From a bacterium (GTDB lineage: Bacteria; Patescibacteriota; Patescibacteriia; Patescibacteriales; UBA12465): DNA of 64,000 bases. This document shows, in pieces, positions 51,305 through 60,990 of this stretch. The notes under the pieces were generated by a model. That model saw only the letters and a list, made by a program, of their open reading frames with translations, was not told where the DNA came from and did no database searches. Made by a program: the position numbers and the translations under genes. The stretch is from assembly GCA_021806615.1 (NCBI GenBank), contig JAJZRB010000001.1, positions 79,024 through 143,023 of the forward strand. The letters run 5' to 3'. Position 1 is the first letter of the stretch; each line of letters opens with the position of its first letter.

Positions 51305-53098
51305 ATGATCAATATCCTTTGGGGATCCTTATTGCTACTCGCTCCCTTCTTATTAATTTTCTGCTTTACCGACCGCCTCAAAGGATTCTGGTATATTTTA
51401 ACGGCCAATCTGGCCTGGCACTTATTCTTGTCTCTGACGACCCAGTTTTTACATATCTTCTCATATCCGATAATTACCGGCCTTCATACTCTGACCGCTC
51501 TGGCCGTTATTCTCGTTTTAATTAAAAAAACCAAGGGCATTTCTTTCAAATTGCATCTTAATTGGCTGGCGATATTAGCTTTCAGCATCATCATTTTCGA
51601 ACTATGGTCCGTCCACTATTTTTACTCTGGTTCTGTCAGTAATAATGTCAATCGTTACCAGACTGTTTCTCGCGCCAGCTATCCCTATCCTTATTTTTCG
51701 GATGAATGGGTCGGAGTCTCTATAGTAAAATATTGTATAGCCAATAATGCCCTACCGATCATTAACCCTCTTATAAACAGGGGCGGCAACCAGGATTTCC
51801 CTAATATCTTTATCGCTTTTTTTTCTGTCTTATCCGAGATATTCTTATTAGTCAATCTAAATCCTCTGACCGGATATGCCATTTTTTCTTTGGCAAGCGG
51901 AGCCTTAATCTGCCTGTTAGTCTATACTCTTCTAAGGATTAATGGGCTTAGACCAGGAACGGCCATTCTGGGCGCTTTATTTCTTCCTTATATAGTTAAT
52001 AGCCAGAATCTGACCGGCATCTGGTACTTGATCCCTATAATCGGCGGCCTGATTCCCTGGCTATTGAGTCTGGGTGCCTTTAAGTTCCGCGACTTCCGTC
52101 TCGCCTGGATAAATAGCTTTTTGGCTCTATTACTATATCCTCCCTTGATTTTCTTCGTCCTGCCGACTTGCGCCGGCGGCCTGTTGTTAGATAAGAAAAT
52201 AGACCGTAAAATGAAAACAAAATTGATTTTCTGGGGGATATCCATCTTCGCCGGCGCCGCCGCGCTTATAATCTTTTTACAAGGATCTAACCTCGCTATT
52301 TTTACCAAATTAGTGAAATCTTATTTTATCTACCCATCGCTAGATAACGGTATTCCTTTTCTTCCTATCTGGTTAGTCGTTCCTTGGATAATCCTGCCTT
52401 TCTCCGTTCTGGGCATGATCATGGCCTGGAGAAAAAAAATGTTTTATTTGGTAGCGCCTCTTTCTGCCGGCCTATTGCTCTGGCTCATTTATAGCCGCTC
52501 CCTTCATCTATTTATTATCGGCTATGACCGGACTGTACTCACATCCTCTATCCTTTTGACGGTCGTAGCCGCTTTAGGCTGGGATTACGTAACCGAGAAG
52601 CTGATAAGGAGATTTCCTATTTTAGTACGGGCTTTTCTCAACCGAGAAATCTTAATATTCACGATAGCTATCTTCGGGTTATTATCCTGGTCTTATACCC
52701 AGCAGGCTACTTGGGAAAAATTTACTCTGAAATTAGATGCGCCGGACGGTGTGCGACGGATAAAGCCGCTCGCTCCGGCCACAGATTTCTTAACTGCTGC
52801 GGATTTAAGATTATTCCAGCCGCTATCTGGAAAACGCTTCCTGTCCGATCCTTGGAAAGGCCTGGTCATAGGAGCGGCGACCGGAAATTACCCCTTAGAT
52901 TCCAAGCACTCTATCATCAGCAACCAGTTCTTAAGCTTCAGCCTATTCATGGCTCAAGACTGCGATCATAAGAAAATCCTAGCAGAAAAATATCAGCTAG
53001 AATATCTTTATGCTCCGGCTTTACAATGCCTTGGGTTTGACGACTTGGGCATGAGCGACGCCGGACTGCACTTATATAGATTCAATAAACCGATATGA
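51305..53098 (+). CDS. Multi-pass membrane protein, putative GT-C type glycosyltransferase
   Basis: About 13 TM segments, SDEW in first large loop, C-terminal extracellular domain; in GT cluster. Confidence 0.55.
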   Translation: MINILWGSLLLLAPFLLIFCFTDRLKGFWYILTANLAWHLFLSLTTQFLHIFSYPIITGLHTLTALAVILVLIKKTKGISFKLHLNWLAILAFSIIIFELWSVHYFYSGSVSNNVNRYQTVSRASYPYPYFSDEWVGVSIVKYCIANNALPIINPLINRGGNQDFPNIFIAFFSVLSEIFLLVNLNPLTGYAIFSLASGALICLLVYTLLRINGLRPGTAILGALFLPYIVNSQNLTGIWYLIPIIGGLIPWLLSLGAFKFRDFRLAWINSFLALLLYPPLIFFVLPTCAGGLLLDKKIDRKMKTKLIFWGISIFAGAAALIIFLQGSNLAIFTKLVKSYFIYPSLDNGIPFLPIWLVVPWIILPFSVLGMIMAWRKKMFYLVAPLSAGLLLWLIYSRSLHLFIIGYDRTVLTSSILLTVVAALGWDYVTEKLIRRFPILVRAFLNREILIFTIAIFGLLSWSYTQQATWEKFTLKLDAPDGVRRIKPLAPATDFLTAADLRLFQPLSGKRFLSDPWKGLVIGAATGNYPLDSKHSIISNQFLSFSLFMAQDCDHKKILAEKYQLEYLYAPALQCLGFDDLGMSDAGLHLYRFNKPI

Positions 53099-54246
53099 AT
53101 CCAAACCCGGAAATAAGCCTCATCCTGCCCTGCCTGGATGAGGAGGGGGCGATCTTATCTTGCCTCGAGGAGATAAAAGGAACCATAAGAGATAATTCTC
53201 TTGTCGCTGAAGTCATCGTCGTTGATAATAACTCCCGCGATAATAGCGCCCAGATCGTCAAGGACTGCCAATTGACTTGGCCGGAATTGCGCCTGATCTC
53301 CGAAAAGAAGGAAGGCTATGGATTTGCCTATCTCCAGGGCCTGAGGAACGCCAAAGGGAAATATATCTTCATGGCGGATCTTGACGGTACCTATGACTTC
53401 AAGGAATTCCCTCAATTTATCAATAAGCTGCGTCAAGGAGCCGATCTGGTAATCGGCAATCGCTTTACCGGGAAAATTTCTGATAAATCCATGCCCTGGC
53501 CGCACCGCTATATCGGCAATCCGTTCCTGTCAAAACTGGTACGCCTGTTCTTCAAAGTTAAGATCGGCGATATCCACTGCGGAGCGCGCGCCATTTCCCG
53601 GGCGGCCCTGGAAAAAATAAATCTCTATACGGGTGGCATGGAATTCGCTTCAGAAATGATTATCAAGGCGGCGCAAAAAAATCTGATAATCTCCGAAATA
53701 CCGATTGAATACCGGCGGCGCATCGGCCAATCGAAGCTGCATTCTCTGACCGACGGCTGGCGGCACCTGCGTTTTATCCTGCTCTATTCGCCGCTAGTCT
53801 TATTTTTCCTGCCGGGGGCAGTCTTATTCTCTCTTGGCGCCGCCTTCATGCTTATCTTTTATTTTTTCAATCCCGTAATCTGGGGGGTCCAGCTTTATGT
53901 CCACCCGATGTTTCTCTTCTCCGTCATGATCATCCTCGGCTATCAATTGATCCTATTCAGCGGTTTCTCTAAAATCTACGCCATAACCCATCTAGGCGAT
54001 ACTAACCGTCTGATCGAATCTTTATTCCGCCATATTACGATCGAGAAAACCGGACTAGCCGGACTCCTGTTGGCTATCGGCGGCGGAATCATTTATTTAT
54101 CTATTTTTATCGGCTGGCTAAGGTCGGACCTCGGATCCTTGCAGGAAATAAAATCTTCCATGATCGGCTTGACTCTCCTGGTCGTCGGCATCCAGACTTT
54201 TTTCGCCGCCTTCATGTTCAGCATCTTAGGCATAAAAAATAAATGA
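53095..54246 (+). CDS. GT2 polyprenol-phosphate glycosyltransferase (DPM1-like) with C-terminal TMs
   Basis: ILPCLDE, VDNNSRD, ADLDGTY, GQSKL..DGWRHL. Confidence 0.9.
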   Translation: MNPNPEISLILPCLDEEGAILSCLEEIKGTIRDNSLVAEVIVVDNNSRDNSAQIVKDCQLTWPELRLISEKKEGYGFAYLQGLRNAKGKYIFMADLDGTYDFKEFPQFINKLRQGADLVIGNRFTGKISDKSMPWPHRYIGNPFLSKLVRLFFKVKIGDIHCGARAISRAALEKINLYTGGMEFASEMIIKAAQKNLIISEIPIEYRRRIGQSKLHSLTDGWRHLRFILLYSPLVLFFLPGAVLFSLGAAFMLIFYFFNPVIWGVQLYVHPMFLFSVMIILGYQLILFSGFSKIYAITHLGDTNRLIESLFRHITIEKTGLAGLLLAIGGGIIYLSIFIGWLRSDLGSLQEIKSSMIGLTLLVVGIQTFFAAFMFSILGIKNK

Positions 54247-55343
54247 AAATAGCGATTTTCCATAATTATCTAGATAATATAGGCGGGGCGGAAATCGTCG
54301 CCCTGACTTTAGCGCGGGAACTCAATGCCGATATTTATACGACTAATATCGATCCGGAAAAAATAAGAGCTATGGGATTCTCTACTATCATAAACCGGAT
54401 ATACTCCCTGGGCCGGATTCCTAAAAAAGCTCCTTTCCGCCAACAGTTGGCTTTCTGGAAATTCCGCCGCTTAAATTTAACCCAAAAATATGACTTCTTT
54501 ATAATCGCCGGAGACTGGGCGATGTCGGGAGCCGTCAATAACCGTCCTAATCTCTGGTATGTCCATAGCCCGCTTAACGAGTTATGGGAATTCAGAGATT
54601 TCATCAGGACCAATATCTTAAGCGCCTGGAAGGTGTCGCCCTATGACCTGTGGGTCTGGTTTAATAGGAGACTGACTCTTAAATATGCCCGTTCAGTGGA
54701 TAATTGGGCCTGCAACTCTCAAAACACTAGAAACCGGATAAGAAGATTCTATGATCAAGAGGCGACGGTCGTACCCCCTCCGATTGATGTCGCGCGCTAT
54801 ACCTGCCACCCGGCGAAAAACTACTGGCTATCGGTCAACCGATTGATAACCCATAAACGGATAGAGTTGCAGACTGAAGCCTTCCAGGGCTTGCCCGAGG
54901 AAAGGTTGGTCATCGTCGGCAGTTATGAAGAGGGCGTAGACCAATTTGAATCTTATAAGCGCTACATAGAACGGATAAAACCAAATAACGTGGAGATTAT
55001 CCACTGGCTCGACGAACAAGGGCTGAAAAAGCTATATGCTGAATGCAAAGGTTTCATAACTACCGCCAAAGACGAAGATTTCGGCATGACCGCAGTAGAG
55101 GCTATGGCCGCTGGCAAGCCGGTAATCGCTCCAGCGGAAGGCGGATATTTAGAAAGCGTAACGCCGGAGACCGGAGAATTGATCGTTGATATCGATGCTG
55201 CCAAACTCCGGGCGGCCATAAAAAATATCGGGGAAACCCTGGCGGCCTGCCCTGACCATTACACGGCGTCTAGCCGAGAGCGGGCGGCCGGATTCTCTAC
55301 CGAAAGATTCATCCACAAAATACTAAGCTTGATTAATAAATAA
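54243..55343 (+). CDS. Glycosyltransferase family 4
   Basis: GGAE, EDFGMTAVEAMAAGKPV. Confidence 0.92.
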   Translation: MKIAIFHNYLDNIGGAEIVALTLARELNADIYTTNIDPEKIRAMGFSTIINRIYSLGRIPKKAPFRQQLAFWKFRRLNLTQKYDFFIIAGDWAMSGAVNNRPNLWYVHSPLNELWEFRDFIRTNILSAWKVSPYDLWVWFNRRLTLKYARSVDNWACNSQNTRNRIRRFYDQEATVVPPPIDVARYTCHPAKNYWLSVNRLITHKRIELQTEAFQGLPEERLVIVGSYEEGVDQFESYKRYIERIKPNNVEIIHWLDEQGLKKLYAECKGFITTAKDEDFGMTAVEAMAAGKPVIAPAEGGYLESVTPETGELIVDIDAAKLRAAIKNIGETLAACPDHYTASSRERAAGFSTERFIHKILSLINK

Positions 55344-55420
55344 AAATCAATAATATTAAAGAAAGAAAACCAATTACGGGCCGGAGGGCTGGCAATTGGC
55401 ACGCTATTGCGGCTAGTCAT

Positions 55421-56464
55421 ATGAAACCTAATCATCAGCATCTTTTAGTGACTCTAGCGAGTCGCGACTATCTAGAAAACGCCAAGCAGCTATTCTCTTC
55501 CGTCTATCATAATGCCGGCTGGCACGGTGATTACCTGCTCCTGGCTCATAACATACCAGAGTCGGATTTAGATTGGTTCCGAGACAAGGGTATCTTGATA
55601 CACCATTGCCCGCCTTTAGACATAAAAGTTATCCATGAGGGCTACCCGGTGACTATCTTGGCTAAATTTTTCTTATTCACCGCCTACTTCCGCCGGTGGC
55701 AAAAAATAATTTTTTTAGACACGGATATCATCGTCACTGCATCGCTGGATAGCTTGCTGAAAGTAACCGGCCTGGCGGCTGTCCGCGACGTAATAGACGG
55801 CATATTGCTGCAGCAGATCAACCCCGAAGCTGATCCGCGGCTATTCCTTGATCTACAACGGAGCTATAATCTGCAAGAACCGGCTTTTAACTCCGGCGTT
55901 TTGGTTTTTGACACGCGGATAATCACCGACGACTTATTCCCTCGCCTGATAAAGCTCCATAAAAAATACGGGGAATTAAATTATTTTTGGGAGCAAGGGA
56001 CACTTAACTTAGCTTTCTACAATAACTGGGAGGAATTGCCGATCATATACAATTTTTTTCCCGACGCTTGCCGGCATTATGGGATCAGACCGGAAAGGAT
56101 GAAAACCATTGTCCTCCATTTTCTCGGGCATAATAAACCCTGGAATGCTGACAATCGATTCTATCGGATCTGGCAAGATAACCTCAGGCTGGCTGAAGAG
56201 ATAGACTTATCCGATCGCCGGCCAGCGGCCAAGGCCTGGTCGGATCAGAGAATAATTATTTATATGTTCTTAATAGAACTGAAAAGAAGGATCCAATTGG
56301 ATATCTGGCGACAGTGGGCTATCGATCGGCTAGGCTGGATTGCCAGCCGCCCCGAGTGGTGCATCGGGCAAATCGGAAAATTAGTCAAAAAGATCTCCCC
56401 CAATATTTATTACAAACTAATCCGCTTAAAATCATGCCGGCAGATAAAAACAAAATATCAATAG
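55421..56464 (+). CDS. Glycosyltransferase family 8
   Basis: FLDTD, FNSGV, EQGTLN, HFLG.KPW. Confidence 0.92.
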   Translation: MKPNHQHLLVTLASRDYLENAKQLFSSVYHNAGWHGDYLLLAHNIPESDLDWFRDKGILIHHCPPLDIKVIHEGYPVTILAKFFLFTAYFRRWQKIIFLDTDIIVTASLDSLLKVTGLAAVRDVIDGILLQQINPEADPRLFLDLQRSYNLQEPAFNSGVLVFDTRIITDDLFPRLIKLHKKYGELNYFWEQGTLNLAFYNNWEELPIIYNFFPDACRHYGIRPERMKTIVLHFLGHNKPWNADNRFYRIWQDNLRLAEEIDLSDRRPAAKAWSDQRIIIYMFLIELKRRIQLDIWRQWAIDRLGWIASRPEWCIGQIGKLVKKISPNIYYKLIRLKSCRQIKTKYQ

Positions 56465-57360
56465 TGGTTCCTGTCCATAACGGCGGCCTCGGCTTTGCCG
56501 ATTGCCTGGCTTCGCTGGTACGACAAACCCGGCCGGCCGACGAACTGATTATCGTCGATAACTCTTCCACTGACCAGACTAAGGAGATAATAATGTCCTT
56601 CGCCGGCCGCTACCCAAATATCCGATACTTATTTGAGGGGCGTCTGGGGCGCGGCCAAGCTAGAAATACGGGCTTGTACAGCGCCCGAGGCGACATCATA
56701 GCGATGACCGATGCCGATTGTGTCGTACCGGAAGACTGGATAGAACGCTTAACTGATCCTATTGAAAATTGCCGGGAAACGATAGTTATGGGCTTCGAAA
56801 CCGATGGCGTTAACAATTATTGGTCGCGGCATCGTCAGGCCGCTGAATTTAAATTCTTACATAGCAAAGCTAAAGACGGGTATATTGATTTTCTAGACAC
56901 TAAGAATTTCGCCATCCGGTCGGATGTCTTAAAAGATCTGGGATTTAATCCTGATTTGATCGCCTGCGAAGACTTGGACCTATTTTTACGCCTGAAACAA
57001 AAAAAAATCGCTATACGATTTTTATCTGAAATAATGGTCCAGCATCAGCACGTCTCTTCTTGGCGAAAGCTGGCCACAACCCAATTTACATATGGCCGGT
57101 ATTCAGAAGACATCATAAGGAATTACCGAAGCGATCATACGCTTGATGCTTATATGCCGATAGTAAATGACCCGCATCACGGTCCTGGCCGGAGATTCTT
57201 ATCCTGGCTTATGTGGTCGGTTTCTGAAGTCGTGAACCAACCGACAGCGGCTCCTTATACCCTGACCGAAAATTTAGCCTGGAGGATCGGAGCTCTATAT
57301 AGCAAAATTAAACACTTCGTATCAAACATTAAACGGCGGTCGGACGCTCGGGGCCGTTGA
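56434..57360 (+). CDS. Glycosyltransferase family 2
   Basis: SIVVPVHN, VDNSSTD, ARN.G, TDADC, EDLD; likely start MPADK. Confidence 0.9.
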   Translation: MPADKNKISIVVPVHNGGLGFADCLASLVRQTRPADELIIVDNSSTDQTKEIIMSFAGRYPNIRYLFEGRLGRGQARNTGLYSARGDIIAMTDADCVVPEDWIERLTDPIENCRETIVMGFETDGVNNYWSRHRQAAEFKFLHSKAKDGYIDFLDTKNFAIRSDVLKDLGFNPDLIACEDLDLFLRLKQKKIAIRFLSEIMVQHQHVSSWRKLATTQFTYGRYSEDIIRNYRSDHTLDAYMPIVNDPHHGPGRRFLSWLMWSVSEVVNQPTAAPYTLTENLAWRIGALYSKIKHFVSNIKRRSDARGR

Positions 57361-58114
57361 TTAGATCCTGATACCTTTTTACGACGGCCGCTGTCTGCCC
57401 TTCGGTCAGAATACGGCCCTTATCCAATAAAATAGCGCGATCGCAGTATTTCTCAATCAGATCTAGATTATGGCTGACCAAGATGACTGTGGCGCCGCCT
57501 TGTATGAACTTCTCCATCTGAGCGAGAGCTTTATTCTGGAAAGCTAAATCGCCTCCGGCGCCGAAAACCTCATCCAGCAGGACGATATCCGGCGTCTTCT
57601 GCTCCAAGCAATGGAAGGTGATGGAAAAGCTCAAGCGGCTTAACATGCCGGAAGAAAACTGGTATATCTTCGTGTCTATGAAATTTTCTAACTCAGCGAA
57701 TTTAACAATATCAGAAAAACGATGCCCGATCTCTTTCCGGCTCAATCCCATCAGTAGACCGGCTAAATAGATATTTTCCCGCATGGTCATTTTCCATCGC
57801 AACCCGAATCCAAAACCATTCAGATAAGCCAATTCACCGTAAGTTTCTATGGTGCCTGAGTCAACCTGATAAATCCCGGCGATAAGCCGCAACAAAGTGC
57901 TTTTTCCTGAACCGTTACAACCGATAAGGCCGATATTTTCACCAGCAGTGGCCGTGAAAGAAATATCTTCCAACACTGATAGCGCTTTACGGGACTCCTT
58001 CCCGGAAATAGCCGACACAATGCTAGATAGAGCCCCATCTTTGTGCTTGAATCCGATATTAAACTGCTTGGCGATTTGATTGACGGAAATTCTGACGGAC
58101 GGCGAGGCATCCAT
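57329..58114 (-). CDS. Polysaccharide export ABC transporter ATPase (Wzt/TagH-like)
   Basis: GCNGSGKST, FSSGMLSRL, LLDE, VSH. Confidence 0.92.
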   Translation of the reverse strand: MDASPSVRISVNQIAKQFNIGFKHKDGALSSIVSAISGKESRKALSVLEDISFTATAGENIGLIGCNGSGKSTLLRLIAGIYQVDSGTIETYGELAYLNGFGFGLRWKMTMRENIYLAGLLMGLSRKEIGHRFSDIVKFAELENFIDTKIYQFSSGMLSRLSFSITFHCLEQKTPDIVLLDEVFGAGGDLAFQNKALAQMEKFIQGGATVILVSHNLDLIEKYCDRAILLDKGRILTEGQTAAVVKRYQDLINGPERPTAV

Positions 58115-58126
58115 ATTTTTATAGTT

Positions 58127-58903
58127 TTAAACTAATTCAGCGAATTTTTTTTTGTACTTATTGAAAACTGCCAGACCGATAACGAAAAAACTCAAGCTCA
58201 AGATAAGCATCGTGAGGGCCATCCAGGCCGGCGGCCATTCTGAATAAATGATCAGGCGGCGCGATATTTCCAAAAAATAAAATAAAGGATTGAAGAGGTT
58301 CGCCGTATAGACGGCGCTACCGGGCGTAGCGACATAAAAAATCGGGGTGATGAAAAGAAGGAGCTGGGCGAAGATGCTCCAGATATTATCTATATCCGTA
58401 ATATAGACGCCGACCGCCGCGAAAATAAAGGCGATGCCGATTACCAATAAGAGGAATGCGGCGAAAATAAAAGGATAGAACAATAGGCCCAGCAGGGAGA
58501 TCCGCCAATATACCATAAAACCGATCATCAGGATGAATTCAAAAAAATGCGATAAAGCCGATTGGAAAACTACAGATAAAACCAGCACCTCCGGCGCGAT
58601 ATTATTCATGGACTTTATATAATCGCCGCTAGCGGCGATAGACTGGATAGAGCTAGATATAACCTGACGGAAAAAATTCAATCCAATAATACCGATCATT
58701 AGATAGGCCGGATAATGGGGCGTCGGGCTACCAGCGAAGGCACTCTTCTGGATAAATAAAATTATATAGAACAAAGCCAGGGGATTGAGCAGATACCAAA
58801 AAATACCTAGATAGCTTCCCTCTATCCGCAATATAAAATTAGCCTTGGCTAAAGACAGGCTCACCCGCAATATCTTTAATATTTTCATCCACTTGGCTCT
58901 CAT
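58127..58903 (-). CDS. Polysaccharide export ABC transporter permease (Wzm/TagG-like)
   Basis: GSYLGIFWYLLNPL, TPIFY, FNP. Confidence 0.92.
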   Translation of the reverse strand: MRAKWMKILKILRVSLSLAKANFILRIEGSYLGIFWYLLNPLALFYIILFIQKSAFAGSPTPHYPAYLMIGIIGLNFFRQVISSSIQSIAASGDYIKSMNNIAPEVLVLSVVFQSALSHFFEFILMIGFMVYWRISLLGLLFYPFIFAAFLLLVIGIAFIFAAVGVYITDIDNIWSIFAQLLLFITPIFYVATPGSAVYTANLFNPLFYFLEISRRLIIYSEWPPAWMALTMLILSLSFFVIGLAVFNKYKKKFAELV

Positions 58904-58991
58904 AAGTTTAGGGCTGATTGCCTTTGTTCTAGGAGGACAAACATGTTTAAACTATAGCAGAAAAAAAACGTATTTTCAAGATAAAAAAATA

Positions 58992-59022
58992 AAAAATCCC
59001 GGTTTTACCATTCCGGGATTTT
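58992..59022 (-). terminator. Intrinsic terminator after the HD gene
   Basis: AAAATCCCGG-loop-CCGGGATTTT. Confidence 0.75.
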
Positions 59023-59046
59023 ATCTTACATTAAATAAGAACCTTA

Positions 59047-59748
59047 TTATACTTCTCTCTCGTCCGGCGTATTATGGACGACATAGCCGAGCCAGCTGAG
59101 ATCGAATTTATACTGCAGCAAAACGCTGGTCCCGATGTGTTTCATATGTTCCAGACATTCGCCATAGATCAGCTTGATGCTAGGAAAACGTTCGCTGTAA
59201 GCGACCAGATCCTTATGATGATTGTTCAAAACCTGGACGAATACGCCGTTACCTTCATCTATTTCTCTGAGAGCGAAAATCACATAGCCGATTTTCTCAA
59301 TAGCATTGAATAACGCTCCCTCGACGGTGCCGGTGTTCTCCTGGACGGCGAAGGACCGAGAGAACATATTGGCGACAGCTTGTGAGTACGGTCCGAAATC
59401 CAGGGCAGCGAACATCGATTCGAACTGTTCTTTCTCGATCAGCTCGATCATTGCCTTTACTCTAGGATCGTTTTTGATGCTATAGGAAATATCCCCGATA
59501 ATTCCCTCGCCCAGGTCGTGATTGACTGCGGTAGACAATAACAGATAGGCGTCAAACTGGGCGCCCGCTGTTTGCTCAATAGCGATGACGATTTGGGCCA
59601 ATAGGGCCGTTTCCAGCGTATGCCCCAATACCGTCTGCTTATAATTATGAGGATAGCGTTTCCAGCGCCGGATATCTTCTACCCTTCTGACCAAATCAGT
59701 TAGAAAATTCTGCAGGGAGTTATTCTCCCGGATTTCATTTTTATCCAT
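59047..59748 (-). CDS. HD-domain phosphohydrolase (YfbR-like 5'-nucleotidase)
   Basis: IRRW, QTVLGHT, NHDLGEGIIGDI. Confidence 0.85.
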   Translation of the reverse strand: MDKNEIRENNSLQNFLTDLVRRVEDIRRWKRYPHNYKQTVLGHTLETALLAQIVIAIEQTAGAQFDAYLLLSTAVNHDLGEGIIGDISYSIKNDPRVKAMIELIEKEQFESMFAALDFGPYSQAVANMFSRSFAVQENTGTVEGALFNAIEKIGYVIFALREIDEGNGVFVQVLNNHHKDLVAYSERFPSIKLIYGECLEHMKHIGTSVLLQYKFDLSWLGYVVHNTPDEREV

Positions 59749-59784
59749 GATAGTTTCCTCGTTTTTTTAAGTGATTGATTGCTT

Positions 59785-60585
59785 TTAATCGACCGGATTA
59801 GCTTCTTGTATCTTGCGGACCAGTAGCAGCCACTCTTCACTGGAAAAAATGCTTTTGACCTGTTGGAAATATTCTAAATCAACCCGGTCAAAAAACTTGT
59901 CGCCAGCGTCTCCTAAGCCGGGCTGGATATAGCCGAGCTCATTCAAGTGGCTATCCAGGGCAGCTGAAATGACCTTTATCCCGGGATATAAGTTGGCCAG
60001 GTTAAAGATGCCTTCCGGGGCGGCGACTACGCTCGCGAGGATAATCTTTTCTGGCGGAAAGAATTCCAGTAATTGTTCTATAACGGTTACGAACGATCCT
60101 CCCGTGGCTAACATAGGGTCGGAAATTATGACCCGATCAATGTGACCATTAAACTTAGAGGTGACTAGCGGCAAATATATTTCTCCAGTCTGGTGCGGCT
60201 CTTCTTCGTTACGCTTCAGACCGATATGCAGGTGCTGGCCGATGCCAAGCTGAAAGAAACTATGCGAGAAAGCCAAGCCGGCGCGCCAAGGATAGCAAGC
60301 AGCTATGTTCTTTCTATGGCAGCCGCGCATAGCCTCCATCGCCACCGATAAACATGACAAACGGAGCGCGATTCTCCAGGCGAGCGGCATGACTCGCAGA
60401 TTACGGATAGCCCTGTCTGGCATGGGGAGAGTCTTATCTAAGTAATCACTACGTAAAACATCTGTAATATTACCTAAAATTTTCAATAATCCCGAAACCG
60501 TTCTTTCGCGGCAAAAAATAGAAAGTTCTTCCCGTCTTTCCGGAGAGACTGGTAGATCCTTCTTGGTGATTGACATTGAGTTCAT
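59785..60585 (-). CDS. upp: Uracil phosphoribosyltransferase (divergent)
   Basis: WRAG, DPMLATGGS, GYIQPGLGDAGD. Confidence 0.88.
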   Translation of the reverse strand: MNSMSITKKDLPVSPERREELSIFCRERTVSGLLKILGNITDVLRSDYLDKTLPMPDRAIRNLRVMPLAWRIALRLSCLSVAMEAMRGCHRKNIAACYPWRAGLAFSHSFFQLGIGQHLHIGLKRNEEEPHQTGEIYLPLVTSKFNGHIDRVIISDPMLATGGSFVTVIEQLLEFFPPEKIILASVVAAPEGIFNLANLYPGIKVISAALDSHLNELGYIQPGLGDAGDKFFDRVDLEYFQQVKSIFSSEEWLLLVRKIQEANPVD

Positions 60586-60730
60586 TTGGATCCTCCGATT
60601 TTATATTGATTATGAAGTTAAAAAACTTATTTATTAAATGACGATTGACAATTAACACTTAATATTAGCACTTACCCCCAAAAAGTCCAGAGATAACCAG
60701 CTTCCTAGCACGGCTAATAAAAAAGCCGGT

Positions 60731-60946
60731 TTATACTTCCGGCAAAGTTTTGGGAAATAGGATATTGACTTTTTTTCTCAGTTCTTCGAAATATTTATAC
60801 CTATCTGGATTAGCGCATGATTGCGGCGCCTGATCGCGGATGAAAATTTCCACCCGGCAAGCTTGGCCGCAACGATAGCATAAATATTCTTGGAACACCC
60901 GTCCGTCATGAGCGATAATCCGCCCTTTGAGCCATTTATCTTCCAT
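60731..60946 (-). CDS. Small hypothetical protein with CxxC
   Basis: 71-aa ORF, GGAGAGG RBS, CYRC plus two more Cys. Confidence 0.6.
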   Translation of the reverse strand: MEDKWLKGRIIAHDGRVFQEYLCYRCGQACRVEIFIRDQAPQSCANPDRYKYFEELRKKVNILFPKTLPEV

Positions 60947-60990
60947 AACCTCTCCGATTCTTTTTAATTAAAAGAACAAATATGTATAAA

